Virus record (IMG/VR): IMGVR_UViG_3300045988_018915
Coordinates: 1-55,564 of that record
Direction: 5' to 3' (one strand)
Origin: a virus
DNA length: 55,564 bases
The notes under the pieces were generated by a model that saw only the letters and a list, made by a program, of their open reading frames with translations, was not told where the DNA came from and ran no database searches. This document shows positions 15,573 to 23,932 of this stretch, piece by piece (the first letter of the stretch is position 1; each line of letters starts with the position of its first letter). Both the position numbers and the translations under genes were made by a program.

Positions 15573-16238
15573 ATGGAACAAATAGAACAAACCATCACTA
15601 CTTTAGAGATTGCAGAAATGATGGAAATGCGTCACGACAGAGTTTTAAGAAAATTGGAAGGACAGGATGTAAGGGGCAAACATACTGCAGGAATCATTGA
15701 AATTTTGACTCACCACAATTTAGGTGCGAGTGATTATTTCATTCCATCTACCTACAAAGATGAATCCGGAAAAGAAAACAAGTGCTACAAAGTAACCAAG
15801 TTAGGATGTGATTTTCTTGCAAACAAATTCAATGGAGAAAAAGGTATTGTATTTACTGCCCGATACGTGAAGCGTTTTGCTGACATGGAAGAAGCTATAA
15901 TGCAACCACAGGCGGCATTACCGGAAAGCGACGATCTGTTTGCAGATCATTACATTACAAAAGCGCAACTGCGTGAAGGACAAGGAAGATGGTTCAGAAG
16001 AAATAATTGGAAATTAAAAATTATCATGGAACGGTTTGAGTGGACGAGAAAATTTTTATATCACAAGATTCTTACAGAGTTGTCTGATTTATACGATTTA
16101 GAAATCGTAGAAAAGTTCTATGTGTATCAATTCGGACACAAACCAGAGTATAAAATGGAGTTGTTGGACTGTGACAAAACACTTGCCGGAACTGCAACAA
16201 GATATATCAACTATTTATTAACAGAAGAATATTGTTAA
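15573..16238 (+). CDS. Rha-family phage regulatory protein
   Basis: N-terminus TTLEIAEMMEMRHDRVLRKLEG resembles the Phage_pRha signature. Confidence 0.7.
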   Translation: MEQIEQTITTLEIAEMMEMRHDRVLRKLEGQDVRGKHTAGIIEILTHHNLGASDYFIPSTYKDESGKENKCYKVTKLGCDFLANKFNGEKGIVFTARYVKRFADMEEAIMQPQAALPESDDLFADHYITKAQLREGQGRWFRRNNWKLKIIMERFEWTRKFLYHKILTELSDLYDLEIVEKFYVYQFGHKPEYKMELLDCDKTLAGTATRYINYLLTEEYC

Positions 16239-16251
16239 AGGAGAAACAATT

Positions 16252-16527
16252 ATGGAAGAATTATTAAAAATTGCTTATGAAAACTTTTTAGACACAAACG
16301 ATGTAAACAATTCAAAGAGCGTGAGAATTATCAATTCTGCCTGCTACAAGATGTATGATTCGATCGACAGTCTTAAGGATGTATTGAGTGAAAGACTGTA
16401 TAACGACATTGGTGATAAGATAAGGGATGGTGTTTGCGACATTCAAGAAGCAGCTTTTATTGCAGGATTCGCGTGTTGCGCAAAGTTTCTTACAAATGGC
16501 AAAACAGACTTGTTACCAAACGAGTAA
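16252..16527 (+). CDS. hypothetical protein
   Basis: 91-aa ORF after AGGAGAAACAATT-ATG. Confidence 0.6.
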   Translation: MEELLKIAYENFLDTNDVNNSKSVRIINSACYKMYDSIDSLKDVLSERLYNDIGDKIRDGVCDIQEAAFIAGFACCAKFLTNGKTDLLPNE

Positions 16528-16535
16528 TATATTTA

Positions 16536-16570
16536 TCCGGCGGCGATTCAAACCGCCGGATTTATTTTTG
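16536..16570. terminator. bidirectional terminator between convergent genes
   Basis: TCCGGCGG-N9-CCGCCGGA followed by TTTATTTTTG. Confidence 0.65.
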
Positions 16571-16717
16571 TCGTAGCGCAACGATGTTTTCTTTTGTAAA
16601 GTTTATTGACCGCGCCACATAATCACTTTTCCCCAACTCTTCTATCAGCTTTTCTCTCGTCATTTCCGGATTTGTCCGGCGCACATACTGCAAGAGTTCT
16701 GTAATTTTATCCATCAT
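16562..16717 (-). CDS. hypothetical mini-protein (51 aa)
   Basis: ATGA overlap with the upstream stop. Translation MMDKITELLQYVRRTNPEMTREKLIEELGKSDYVARSINFTKENIVALRQK. Confidence 0.4.
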   Translation of the reverse strand: MMDKITELLQYVRRTNPEMTREKLIEELGKSDYVARSINFTKENIVALRQK

Positions 16718-17031
16718 GCAACCTCCATAATTTCTAGCAATAATCTGTCTGCAATTTCAAACACTTCTCTTCCGTATGTTGCTAGAAAATCTGCGACAAT
16801 CTCCTCAGTCTCAATATCCATGTAAATGTTATATGACAAGCAAAATGCATGGCATAATTCGTGGCATAGCACCTTGTCTAAAAATCCACCGCGCAGATCA
16901 TTCGCGATATAGATTGTTTGCGTGTTCCGGTCTGTCATACCTACAGTCTTGCTACCATCGCTACGCATTAGCATAGGGTTCTGACGCGATATTTTGACGA
17001 TTTCCCACGTTTTATTATTAATCTTGAACAT
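16714..17031 (-). CDS. small HExxH zinc metallopeptidase-like protein (ImmA/IrrE- or SprT-like)
   Basis: 105 aa with VLCHELCHAF. Confidence 0.6.
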   Translation of the reverse strand: MFKINNKTWEIVKISRQNPMLMRSDGSKTVGMTDRNTQTIYIANDLRGGFLDKVLCHELCHAFCLSYNIYMDIETEEIVADFLATYGREVFEIADRLLLEIMEVA

Positions 17032-17040
17032 CTTACCACC

Positions 17041-17067
17041 TCAAAAAGAAAGGGGCGAAATCGCCCC
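17041..17067 (-). terminator. rho-independent terminator closing the cargo island
   Basis: Minus strand GGGGCG-ATTT-CGCCCC followed by TTTCTTTTTG. Confidence 0.65.
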
Positions 17068-17072
17068 AATTC

Positions 17073-17753
17073 TTACATTTTAGTTACCAACGCGGTCAGT
17101 TTGCGCTTGGTCAAGTCCTTCTCTTCTGGTGACATTCCTGCGATCAGTTCCGTTACATCCTCAGAAAGAGACTTCATGTACTTTTCAAGTTCTTTCATTT
17201 TGGCATCCTTGTCCGCAGTAGAATCGCCATGATGCATCTCCTTGGTCTCAATATAACTTCTTCTGTTCACTCCGGCGCGTCCTTCTCTCACATCGTGAGT
17301 GTCAGCTTTCATTCCATCATCACGCATTGGCTCTGTAAAGAACATTCTGCCAAGCATAGCGCGGTCAAGGTCTCTCATGCGTTCAGCTTCTGGCATGGAT
17401 TCCCACTCGCGGTAATCTTGCGGCATCTGATGATAGTATGGCGGCTCGGTATAACCTCTGCGTGTTCCGCGACCTTTAGGGGCGAATCTGCCGTTTGCAT
17501 AGCGGTAAGCGTCATAGTATCTTCTGTCCGGATAATCTTCGTACTGTTCAAGCATACGCATAATATCCTCATTATCTTCAGACTTTTTCATGGCTTCAAC
17601 AATGTTGTAGTCTTTGTCAAAGCATACGATGTTCTTTGCAATTTCCGTCCAATCCTTGAGATCATCAAGGTTTTGTTCCTCAAAATTCTCGATTCCGATG
17701 CCGTCAACGTGGGCTTTCACGCAATCCATAATCTGTTTCGCAAATTTATGCAT
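17073..17753 (-). CDS. hypothetical protein (Y/R/P-rich centre)
   Basis: 226-aa ORF. No motif recognised. Confidence 0.6.
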   Translation of the reverse strand: MHKFAKQIMDCVKAHVDGIGIENFEEQNLDDLKDWTEIAKNIVCFDKDYNIVEAMKKSEDNEDIMRMLEQYEDYPDRRYYDAYRYANGRFAPKGRGTRRGYTEPPYYHQMPQDYREWESMPEAERMRDLDRAMLGRMFFTEPMRDDGMKADTHDVREGRAGVNRRSYIETKEMHHGDSTADKDAKMKELEKYMKSLSEDVTELIAGMSPEEKDLTKRKLTALVTKM

Positions 17754-17757
17754 AATA

Positions 17758-18177
17758 TCAAGCCTCCCTTACTGCAATCAAGTTACTATTCTGCACCTCG
17801 ATAGCCTGTGCGGACGTATTCTGCACGGCTACGGTACTGCAACAACCGCAAGGCACATCAACGTATGCCTGCGCTGATACATTAAAGAAATTCTCAACTG
17901 CCGCTGGCGTTACAATCATTCTTGTTGACTGTAATGGTTCCCCATCAACCGCGATCGCAAGTGATATAGCGCCAACTGTACCGCCTGTCGGGATCTGAAT
18001 GTTGCCGGAATACGATACCAAAAATCTAGCCTTGCACTGATTTGTGATACCTCTTAACTTGATAATTCCACTTCCTTGTCTGTGTACGATACATTTTGTT
18101 CCGTTTACTGCTGTTTCTGTAAATGCCACATCTTCTCCAGCAGCAACGGTTTGTAATGCAATTCCTGTTACTTCCAT
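17758..18177 (-). CDS. BclA C-terminal/C1q-TNF-like jelly-roll protein (also resembles spore appendage/exosporium subunits)
   Basis: GAGAGGT-N8-ATG. The C-terminal pattern VPCGCCSTVAVQNTSAQAIEVQNSNLIAVR resembles BclA-CTD-type domains. Confidence 0.45.
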   Translation of the reverse strand: MEVTGIALQTVAAGEDVAFTETAVNGTKCIVHRQGSGIIKLRGITNQCKARFLVSYSGNIQIPTGGTVGAISLAIAVDGEPLQSTRMIVTPAAVENFFNVSAQAYVDVPCGCCSTVAVQNTSAQAIEVQNSNLIAVREA

Positions 18178-18195
18178 TATTTTTACCTCTCTTTC

Positions 18196-18230
18196 TAAAA
18201 AATAAGGGCAAACCATACAAGTCTGCCCTT
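18196..18230 (-). terminator. internal terminator within the cargo island
   Basis: Minus strand AAGGGCA-N13-TGCCCTT followed by ATTTTTT. Confidence 0.5.
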
Positions 18231-18317
18231 TAAATTTAAGTAATACTGCATAGCAGACATGATCGAGTTAAACTCAATTAAGATACTCAATTATTTATTT
18301 TTGCGTAGCTGCTACTT

Positions 18318-19082
18318 TTAGCAGCCACATCCTGTATTACATCCGCATCCGTTGTATGCATAACCGTAGAGGTTAGATGCCGGGAATGCTGGTACAGGAG
18401 TCGGTCTTACTGCATCGATAATCTGATTCGTCTGCGTAGCCATAGCGGTTGTCAGAAGTGCGTTCTGTCTATCCTGTGAAGCAGCTCTGCGTAAATCATT
18501 ATTTTCTGCCTGTAAGCTAGAAATCTTTTCATTGCAGAGATAATCAAGGATAGCGCGTGTTCCTGCGTTCTGACTGTCGATAATGTCTCTCGTGTTGCTA
18601 TTCATAGTATTCTGCAAAGCGCAAGTGTTAGTTGCCATATTGTAGTTTACGCCCTGAATAGCTTCTCTTGTTTCACAGCAGCAGTTAGCGATCTGTGCCT
18701 GTAATGCATTTGTATTCTGCATATTAGCGACTGTATCAGCGTTGATAGCCTGCTGAATGCCAAAACCTGTCTGTAAAATGTTTGTGTTGATTCCGTTCAT
18801 GCCGTTTTGCACTGCATAAAATCCGTCACAAAGACCATTTGAAATGCCATCAAGTTTTGACACAACTGCTTGGTTGTCGAATCCGCGCTGAATTTCGCTT
18901 CCAACTCCACCATTCATTCCGTTTCCTCCGAATCCGTTACCGAATCCACCCCATCCGAAGATAGCGAAGATAACGATAATGAACCATAACCATGATCCTT
19001 CTGCGCCCCATCCGTTGTTATTTCCGTTTCCGTCAATGTTCGCGACAAGCGGAACAGATGCACAATTACCTGTGTTAAACAT
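18318..19082 (-). CDS. Gly/Asn-rich membrane protein with CCC and a C-terminal CGCNTGCGC motif
   Basis: ATG at 19082 lies 8 nt after GGAGG. One TM helix, WLWFIIVIFAIFGWGGFG, flanked by G/N-rich segments. Confidence 0.6.
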   Translation of the reverse strand: MFNTGNCASVPLVANIDGNGNNNGWGAEGSWLWFIIVIFAIFGWGGFGNGFGGNGMNGGVGSEIQRGFDNQAVVSKLDGISNGLCDGFYAVQNGMNGINTNILQTGFGIQQAINADTVANMQNTNALQAQIANCCCETREAIQGVNYNMATNTCALQNTMNSNTRDIIDSQNAGTRAILDYLCNEKISSLQAENNDLRRAASQDRQNALLTTAMATQTNQIIDAVRPTPVPAFPASNLYGYAYNGCGCNTGCGC

Positions 19083-19135
19083 AGAATTTACCTCCATAAT
19101 TCATTTTTATATACATAATCTTGCAAGAATTAGTA

Positions 19136-19363
19136 TCACATTCCTAATTGGCTTTTAAACGACTCAAAAGCCTTGTCTGCGTCAATTCCCTTTTCTTTGC
19201 ACAAATTCCTAGCCATCTGCTCAATGCCTTTAGAATCTCCCTTCTGTGCCATCTGCATAGCGTTTTTAGCTAAAGGGTTACTCATTACACTGTTGTTCCC
19301 CATCATTTGTTGTAAAAACTGTTGTGGGTTTCTCATTCCCTGTAACATCTGCATAGGATTCAT
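19136..19363 (-). CDS. M/Q-rich small protein
   Basis: 75-aa ORF, MNPMQMLQGMRNPQQFLQQMMG.... Confidence 0.5.
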   Translation of the reverse strand: MNPMQMLQGMRNPQQFLQQMMGNNSVMSNPLAKNAMQMAQKGDSKGIEQMARNLCKEKGIDADKAFESFKSQLGM

Positions 19364-19839
19364 TAAGACTCACTCTCCTTTTGTGTTCGTGAAGATTTTC
19401 TTTGCGTTTGCGAAGATAACTTATCTTCCAACTCTTCCATCTTTCCAAACAAACAATCCAATTTGTCAGTAATAGCCTTTGTCGCATCGTCAGACAGCCC
19501 TATTTCAATTCTTTTATCATCACTCGAAGAATCCGCCATCTGCTCATTAAAAGGCTTGTAAACGGTCTTTCTGATTGTTCCATTGGCATCCCATTGTTTT
19601 GCAACGATTGCGCTCATGTCTTGCATCGGGAAAAACGCAACACTTCCATCCATAGGTACATCATTCGCCATGATTGCTGATTCCGACTGCACAACCTTTC
19701 CTTGGATTCCAAGAAACTGCGGTTGCATCTGCGGAATCTGTGGCTCTGGCTGTTGAAATCTCTGCATTGGGTTGTACTGATAAGCCGCATAACTCGGATT
19801 CGGGTTATACGTCATATTCGGATTCTGCATCGGATACAT
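19363..19839 (-). CDS. hypothetical protein with a P/Q/M/Y-rich N-terminus
   Basis: 158-aa ORF. ATGA-type overlap with the next gene. Confidence 0.55.
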   Translation of the reverse strand: MYPMQNPNMTYNPNPSYAAYQYNPMQRFQQPEPQIPQMQPQFLGIQGKVVQSESAIMANDVPMDGSVAFFPMQDMSAIVAKQWDANGTIRKTVYKPFNEQMADSSSDDKRIEIGLSDDATKAITDKLDCLFGKMEELEDKLSSQTQRKSSRTQKESES

Positions 19840-19957
19840 CTTTCTCCTCCTCTAACACTTCTTGTATTGCGTGGATCATAGCCGATTGATAAACCAAAGG
19901 AACTTTTGATACATCTTCTCGGCTTAATATTTTTTCCAAAACATTGTCTGAAAACAT
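19805..19957 (-). CDS. hypothetical mini-protein (50 aa)
   Basis: GGAGGGATGCGGA-ATG. Translation MFSDNVLEKILSREDVSKVPLVYQSAMIHAIQEVLEEEKDVSDAESEYDV. Confidence 0.4.
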   Translation of the reverse strand: MFSDNVLEKILSREDVSKVPLVYQSAMIHAIQEVLEEEKDVSDAESEYDV

Positions 19958-20032
19958 TCCGCATCCCTCCTATGCCTATATTTTTGCATAAAAAAATACG
20001 GTCATCCCGCAACAAAACCGCAGAAAAACCGC

Positions 20033-20058
20033 AATAAAAAAAGACGCTCAATGCGTCC
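20033..20058 (-). terminator. rho-independent terminator separating attP/int from the cargo island
   Basis: Minus strand GACGC-ATTGA-GCGTC followed by TTTTTTTATT. Confidence 0.6.
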
Positions 20059-20147
20059 AAACTTCCATAGTAATCATATTCAATTAACTTTTAGCACTTG
20101 TACAAGAAACTCCTTTCTCTAGTAAAATCAAGGCTTCCGAGCCTTTT

Positions 20148-20177
20148 TTGATTACCTTTTGATTACTTTTTGATTAC
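20148..20177 (+). repeat. three direct TTGATTAC repeats at 11-bp spacing (candidate integrase arm sites, P arm)
   Basis: Copies at 20148, 20159 and 20170. Confidence 0.7.
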
Positions 20178-20221
20178 TCTCTTTCCCCTAATCTATAGAA
20201 AACCTTGATTTTATGCGGTTT

Positions 20222-20252
20222 TCCGAAAGCCAATAAGGGGATTCGAACCCTT
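20222..20252 (-). other. candidate attP core: tRNA 3'-end-like fragment
   Basis: Minus strand GCAAGGGTTCGAATCCCCTTATTGGCT shows a T-loop and a 3' acceptor-like segment with no 5' half. It lies 55 bp from the int stop codon. Confidence 0.5.
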
Positions 20253-20302
20253 GCACAAAGCATCAACTTTTCAGTGTTTATGCGGCTTGTAGCGTTTTTG
20301 CT

Positions 20303-20341
20303 TTGATTACTTTTGATTACTTTTTTCAAAATAGTAATCAA
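20303..20341. repeat. TTGATTAC x2 direct plus one inverted copy overlapping the int 3' end (P' arm)
   Basis: 20303-10 and 20313-20 are direct copies. GTAATCAA at 20334-41 is inverted. Confidence 0.65.
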
Positions 20342-21563
20342 ACGACCAGCTTGTTCGTGCTTTGAAGTCTGGTATACTACTCAAAATATCTGACTTTTTC
20401 TCGATAGATCTGCGGTTTCTGTGGTAGTGTTCCTCTGTAGTTCCTAGACTTGCGTGCCCCATCTGACCAAGGATCAACCGCTCGTCAATATTGTTGTCAA
20501 GAAGGATGGTTCCGTATGTCTTTCGGATCTTATGTGGAGACTTTCGATAGATTCCTAACTTATCACACAATCTCTGTAATCGCATTCTTACACAATTCGC
20601 ATTCAAGCGCTCTCCATTTTCTTTAATAAACACAAACTCTTCAAATGGATTCGTTTTTCTGATCCTATCGCACAACCACTCGTAATCCTTTGGAATGATA
20701 ATCGTTCTTGCTCCGGCTCTCGTCTTTGGGAAATCCTTTATCGCAACCGTATATTTCGTATCATCCTCTCCACGATACCTTGTTTCCGTCCTACGAACCT
20801 TGACTGTATTTCCGTCAAAATCATCATGCTTTAGACATACAACCTCTCCGATTCTCATTCCGGTCACGAACATAAGCAGTATCGCTATGTTCGATAAATC
20901 AAGATTGCATTCCAAATATTTAATCATGATATCAGTTTCCTGCTCGTCAAAAACCTCTTCGTAATCTTCCTTGATCGTTCGTTTGAAATCAGAATCCGAT
21001 GTATCAAGTTCCTCGAACAATTCTTCAACATTAAAGTCAATCAACTTCCGCTTTTTGGCTCGTTTCAGAAACCCTTTGGTTATTCCTTTCAACCCAGAAA
21101 ACGCTTTTGCGGTCAAATCAAATTTCGGAATCTGTTCTTCTAGGAAATCTCCCCATTCATCTTCCGACACTGATTTTATGCGCCTTTTACCCATTTGTTT
21201 AAAGTGCCTTTGATAAAAATTGCGATTTCTTTGGTGTGTCGCATTTCCAATTTTGTTCAGCGTCAACCGCCTGTCGTTCCACTCTTCAAACACTTCATCA
21301 ATGGTTGGATTTTCTTCTTGAATCTGTAAATAATCGATAACCTCATTTTCAATATCGACCCTATCTTTTTTCTTAAGTAGTTTTCTCCCTTTCTCCTTGC
21401 ATGGAATATAGGTTCTCCAATACCCATCTTTGCCCTCCCATATATCATATTGGTGTTTCTTTAGTATCTTTTCTCTCTTGTTCATTTCAACTTGTTCTTG
21501 CACAAGTGCTATGTCGAGAATACCATTTTCGACGGCATATTTCAATAACTCGTTTTCCTGCAA
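20307..21563 (-). CDS. int: tyrosine integrase (site-specific recombinase)
   Basis: 418 aa. HKIRKTYGT and GHASLGTTEEHYHR carry the catalytic His/Arg/Tyr pattern. An SAM-like N-domain is present. Confidence 0.9.
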   Translation of the reverse strand: MQENELLKYAVENGILDIALVQEQVEMNKREKILKKHQYDIWEGKDGYWRTYIPCKEKGRKLLKKKDRVDIENEVIDYLQIQEENPTIDEVFEEWNDRRLTLNKIGNATHQRNRNFYQRHFKQMGKRRIKSVSEDEWGDFLEEQIPKFDLTAKAFSGLKGITKGFLKRAKKRKLIDFNVEELFEELDTSDSDFKRTIKEDYEEVFDEQETDIMIKYLECNLDLSNIAILLMFVTGMRIGEVVCLKHDDFDGNTVKVRRTETRYRGEDDTKYTVAIKDFPKTRAGARTIIIPKDYEWLCDRIRKTNPFEEFVFIKENGERLNANCVRMRLQRLCDKLGIYRKSPHKIRKTYGTILLDNNIDERLILGQMGHASLGTTEEHYHRNRRSIEKKSDILSSIPDFKARTSWSFDYYFEKSNQK

Positions 21564-21567
21564 TTCA

Positions 21568-21768
21568 TCAAATTATCCTTTCAATTTTGTCTTTTATCCC
21601 ACGAACTCTATACTCTATCGTCCTTAAAGACGCATTTTCTTTTGTTGAAATTTGTTTTTGAGAATATCCACGGCAAAGAAGAGAGAAAATCCTCTCCTCT
21701 TCTTCCGTAAAATTGGCATTTTCTTTAATGTGTTCAAGTTCTGGCTTAATGAATTTTGTAAATTTCAT
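21568..21768 (-). CDS. small LuxR/sigma-70 region-4-like HTH protein
   Basis: 66 aa. ERIFSLLCRGYSQKQISTKENASLRTIEYRVRGIKDKI. Confidence 0.55.
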   Translation of the reverse strand: MKFTKFIKPELEHIKENANFTEEEERIFSLLCRGYSQKQISTKENASLRTIEYRVRGIKDKIERII

Positions 21769-21783
21769 AAGCCATTTCTCCTG

Positions 21784-22626
21784 TTAAATATAATCACTTA
21801 TATTCATTTGACTGTCCTTTTCAAATACAAGCATTTCATTCTTGGCACGCTCGTAAAAGTTTCTGTCAATCTCGAATCCGTATGCACTTCTGCCAAGTTC
21901 TGCGGCGGCTCTTAGTGTGCTACCGCTACCGCAACAAGGGTCAATAACAATGTCTCCCTCGTCTGTAAAAATCTCAATCAGCTTTTTAAGGACTGCTACA
22001 GGCTTTTGCGCCGGATGAATTTTCGGTACATCTTTTCCGTCTTTCTCCCAATTGAACCAATTGAAAATCATGTGTCCTGTACCTCTGATATTCTTTCCGT
22101 TTTCATCAATCTGCAAGCCGTTTCTAAACTTCGGCAACTTATTTCGGTACAGTACAAGTGCATATTCCGTAGCACCAACGATACGCATATTAGCTTTAAG
22201 AACTTGAGGACTGTAGTTTTTACAGAATACAAGCGGTATGTAATTAACGAATCCATGCTTCTTCGCCGCCGCAATCAATGTTGGCAACTGCTCAAATGCG
22301 CAAAACACAATCATACAAGGGCTATTACTGCTTCTGCCCCTTGCAATAGGCTTTGTGTCCTCTTTTTTCAACATTTTTGAACAAAAATGGAAGTATTCGT
22401 ACAAATTAAAGTTAAAATCCGAATTGAAAGCCGCCTTTTTCGCAAGTTTGCTCTCTCCGTTTTTTTTATCGCCACCGTTATACCACATAGGGTTACTACC
22501 ATAAAAGTTAGTGCCTACATTGTATGGCACATCAGCAATAATCAGCTGTGCTGGCGGTATTGCATATTTCTTGTAATTCTGCATAGAATCACGATAAATT
22601 TCACATTTAATTTTTTTCTTATTCAT
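21784..22626 (-). CDS. DNA methyltransferase, beta class (N6-adenine or N4-cytosine)
   Basis: Motif IV IIADVPYN lies N-terminal and motif I VIDPCCGSGSTLRAA lies C-terminal. No restriction endonuclease partner is seen. Confidence 0.85.
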   Translation of the reverse strand: MNKKKIKCEIYRDSMQNYKKYAIPPAQLIIADVPYNVGTNFYGSNPMWYNGGDKKNGESKLAKKAAFNSDFNFNLYEYFHFCSKMLKKEDTKPIARGRSSNSPCMIVFCAFEQLPTLIAAAKKHGFVNYIPLVFCKNYSPQVLKANMRIVGATEYALVLYRNKLPKFRNGLQIDENGKNIRGTGHMIFNWFNWEKDGKDVPKIHPAQKPVAVLKKLIEIFTDEGDIVIDPCCGSGSTLRAAAELGRSAYGFEIDRNFYERAKNEMLVFEKDSQMNISDYI

Positions 22627-22686
22627 TTCATCGCCAAAAGGAAACCTCGGTTTTATGTGCGCACAACCTATTCCTTTCTTAGATTT

Positions 22687-22857
22687 TTAGTCAACTTCCA
22701 AAACTTTTTTCATAGCATTAGCCATAGTACAGATACCCTTGATATAGTTAAATGCACCTATTATATATTCGCCTGAATTTTCTCCATCAACAACGCCTGT
22801 TGCGGCAAAGTTGATTAGCCTTAATGCATTGTGATTTATTGCGTTTTCGTCAATCAC
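22687..22857 (-). CDS. hypothetical mini-protein (56 aa, GTG start)
   Basis: My own translation. TAGTG overlap with the upstream stop, and GGAG lies 6 nt upstream. Confidence 0.3.
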   Translation of the reverse strand: MIDENAINHNALRLINFAATGVVDGENSGEYIIGAFNYIKGICTMANAMKKVLEVD

Positions 22858-23135
22858 TATTCTCCAACTCCTTTTCTTTCAAAGCTCTCGCAAGGAACAT
22901 CAAGTAAACAACCACACTCCTCAACTTCTGTTGTCCCAAAATATGTCTTGTATCTGTAAGAATTTGCACAATTAAAGCAGAAGCTTTTTCCACTATTCAT
23001 CTTGCAACTTGTCTTTTTATCTTCTAGCTTTTTTTCAAGACATTCATTTGTTCTTTTGAGTTCTTCTACTTTTTCCTGTAGTTTCTCGCAATCATTAAAG
23101 AGTTTATTGTATTTCTTCTTGCTTAAAATCTTCAC
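22857..23135 (-). CDS. coiled-coil / Cys-rich protein
   Basis: 92-aa ORF. Confidence 0.55.
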   Translation of the reverse strand: MKILSKKKYNKLFNDCEKLQEKVEELKRTNECLEKKLEDKKTSCKMNSGKSFCFNCANSYRYKTYFGTTEVEECGCLLDVPCESFERKGVGE

Positions 23136-23589
23136 TCTGTTTCGCTCCTTTCAACTGTTCTGCTATCTGTTTTACTTGTCTTATGGCATTTTCCCAAGTT
23201 GCGCCCTCGGTTGGTAATCCGCTTGACATAGCCATTCCGGAAAAACGCTCAATGATGTTAGCGGTCAAATCATCAACAGCTTTGTCATAACTATCGATAT
23301 TAGACTTTCGATATTTAAGCACCTCATTATTCAGAACTTCTTTGCCCCAATCTCCGCTATCAAACCATTCAACAGCCTTAAATACAGGACTAAGTGCTTC
23401 AAAAAGTGTTTCTATTCGTATACTTGCCGACTTGATATACTCAACTAATCTTTGTGTATCTTTAGCCACATCTTCAAAACCTGCACTGTTCAATCTATCA
23501 GCCATATCTTGCAGTAATTCTGTTGACGAACCATTCATAAGCTCGTCAACATCTTTACAATACAAATAATTCCAACTTCCACCACTCAT
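23104..23589 (-). CDS. hypothetical protein
   Basis: 161-aa ORF. Confidence 0.6.
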   Translation of the reverse strand: MSGGSWNYLYCKDVDELMNGSSTELLQDMADRLNSAGFEDVAKDTQRLVEYIKSASIRIETLFEALSPVFKAVEWFDSGDWGKEVLNNEVLKYRKSNIDSYDKAVDDLTANIIERFSGMAMSSGLPTEGATWENAIRQVKQIAEQLKGAKQSEDFKQEEIQ

Positions 23590-23656
23590 TCGCTCTCACC
23601 CACTTTCAATAAATCCATAAACCTTTAAGTTGCAACCTCGGTTTACCGAGGATTCG

Positions 23657-23929
23657 TTATTCCTTTCTTTCTCTTAAAATTTCATCCAAGCAGGAATTCC
23701 AACCCACCCGACGTATTGATGTGCTGAGATCTTCATAACCAGATTTCAACTCTGGTATCTTCTCCGGAAGTTCCCGGAGCGGACACCAATCCGGCTTTCC
23801 GACATTGTTCGCATCCTCTCCTGTAGCACCACATACCAGATTAAGTTCCTTGGCGTATCTTTCAAAGTATCCGCAACAACAATCTACGCAACACTCTGGC
23901 ATATCCATAACCAATACTGCTTTAGGCAT
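23657..23929 (-). CDS. Cys-rich hypothetical protein
   Basis: 90 aa, PECCVDCCCGYF.... Confidence 0.55.
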   Translation of the reverse strand: MPKAVLVMDMPECCVDCCCGYFERYAKELNLVCGATGEDANNVGKPDWCPLRELPEKIPELKSGYEDLSTSIRRVGWNSCLDEILRERKE

Positions 23930-23932
23930 TTC

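Noticed and set aside
19812-20060. 82-aa minus-strand ORF upstream of the cargo island
   Set aside because: Its start lies inside the terminator hairpin at 20043-57. A different frame carries a GGAGGG-preceded 50-aa ORF that couples to the next gene.
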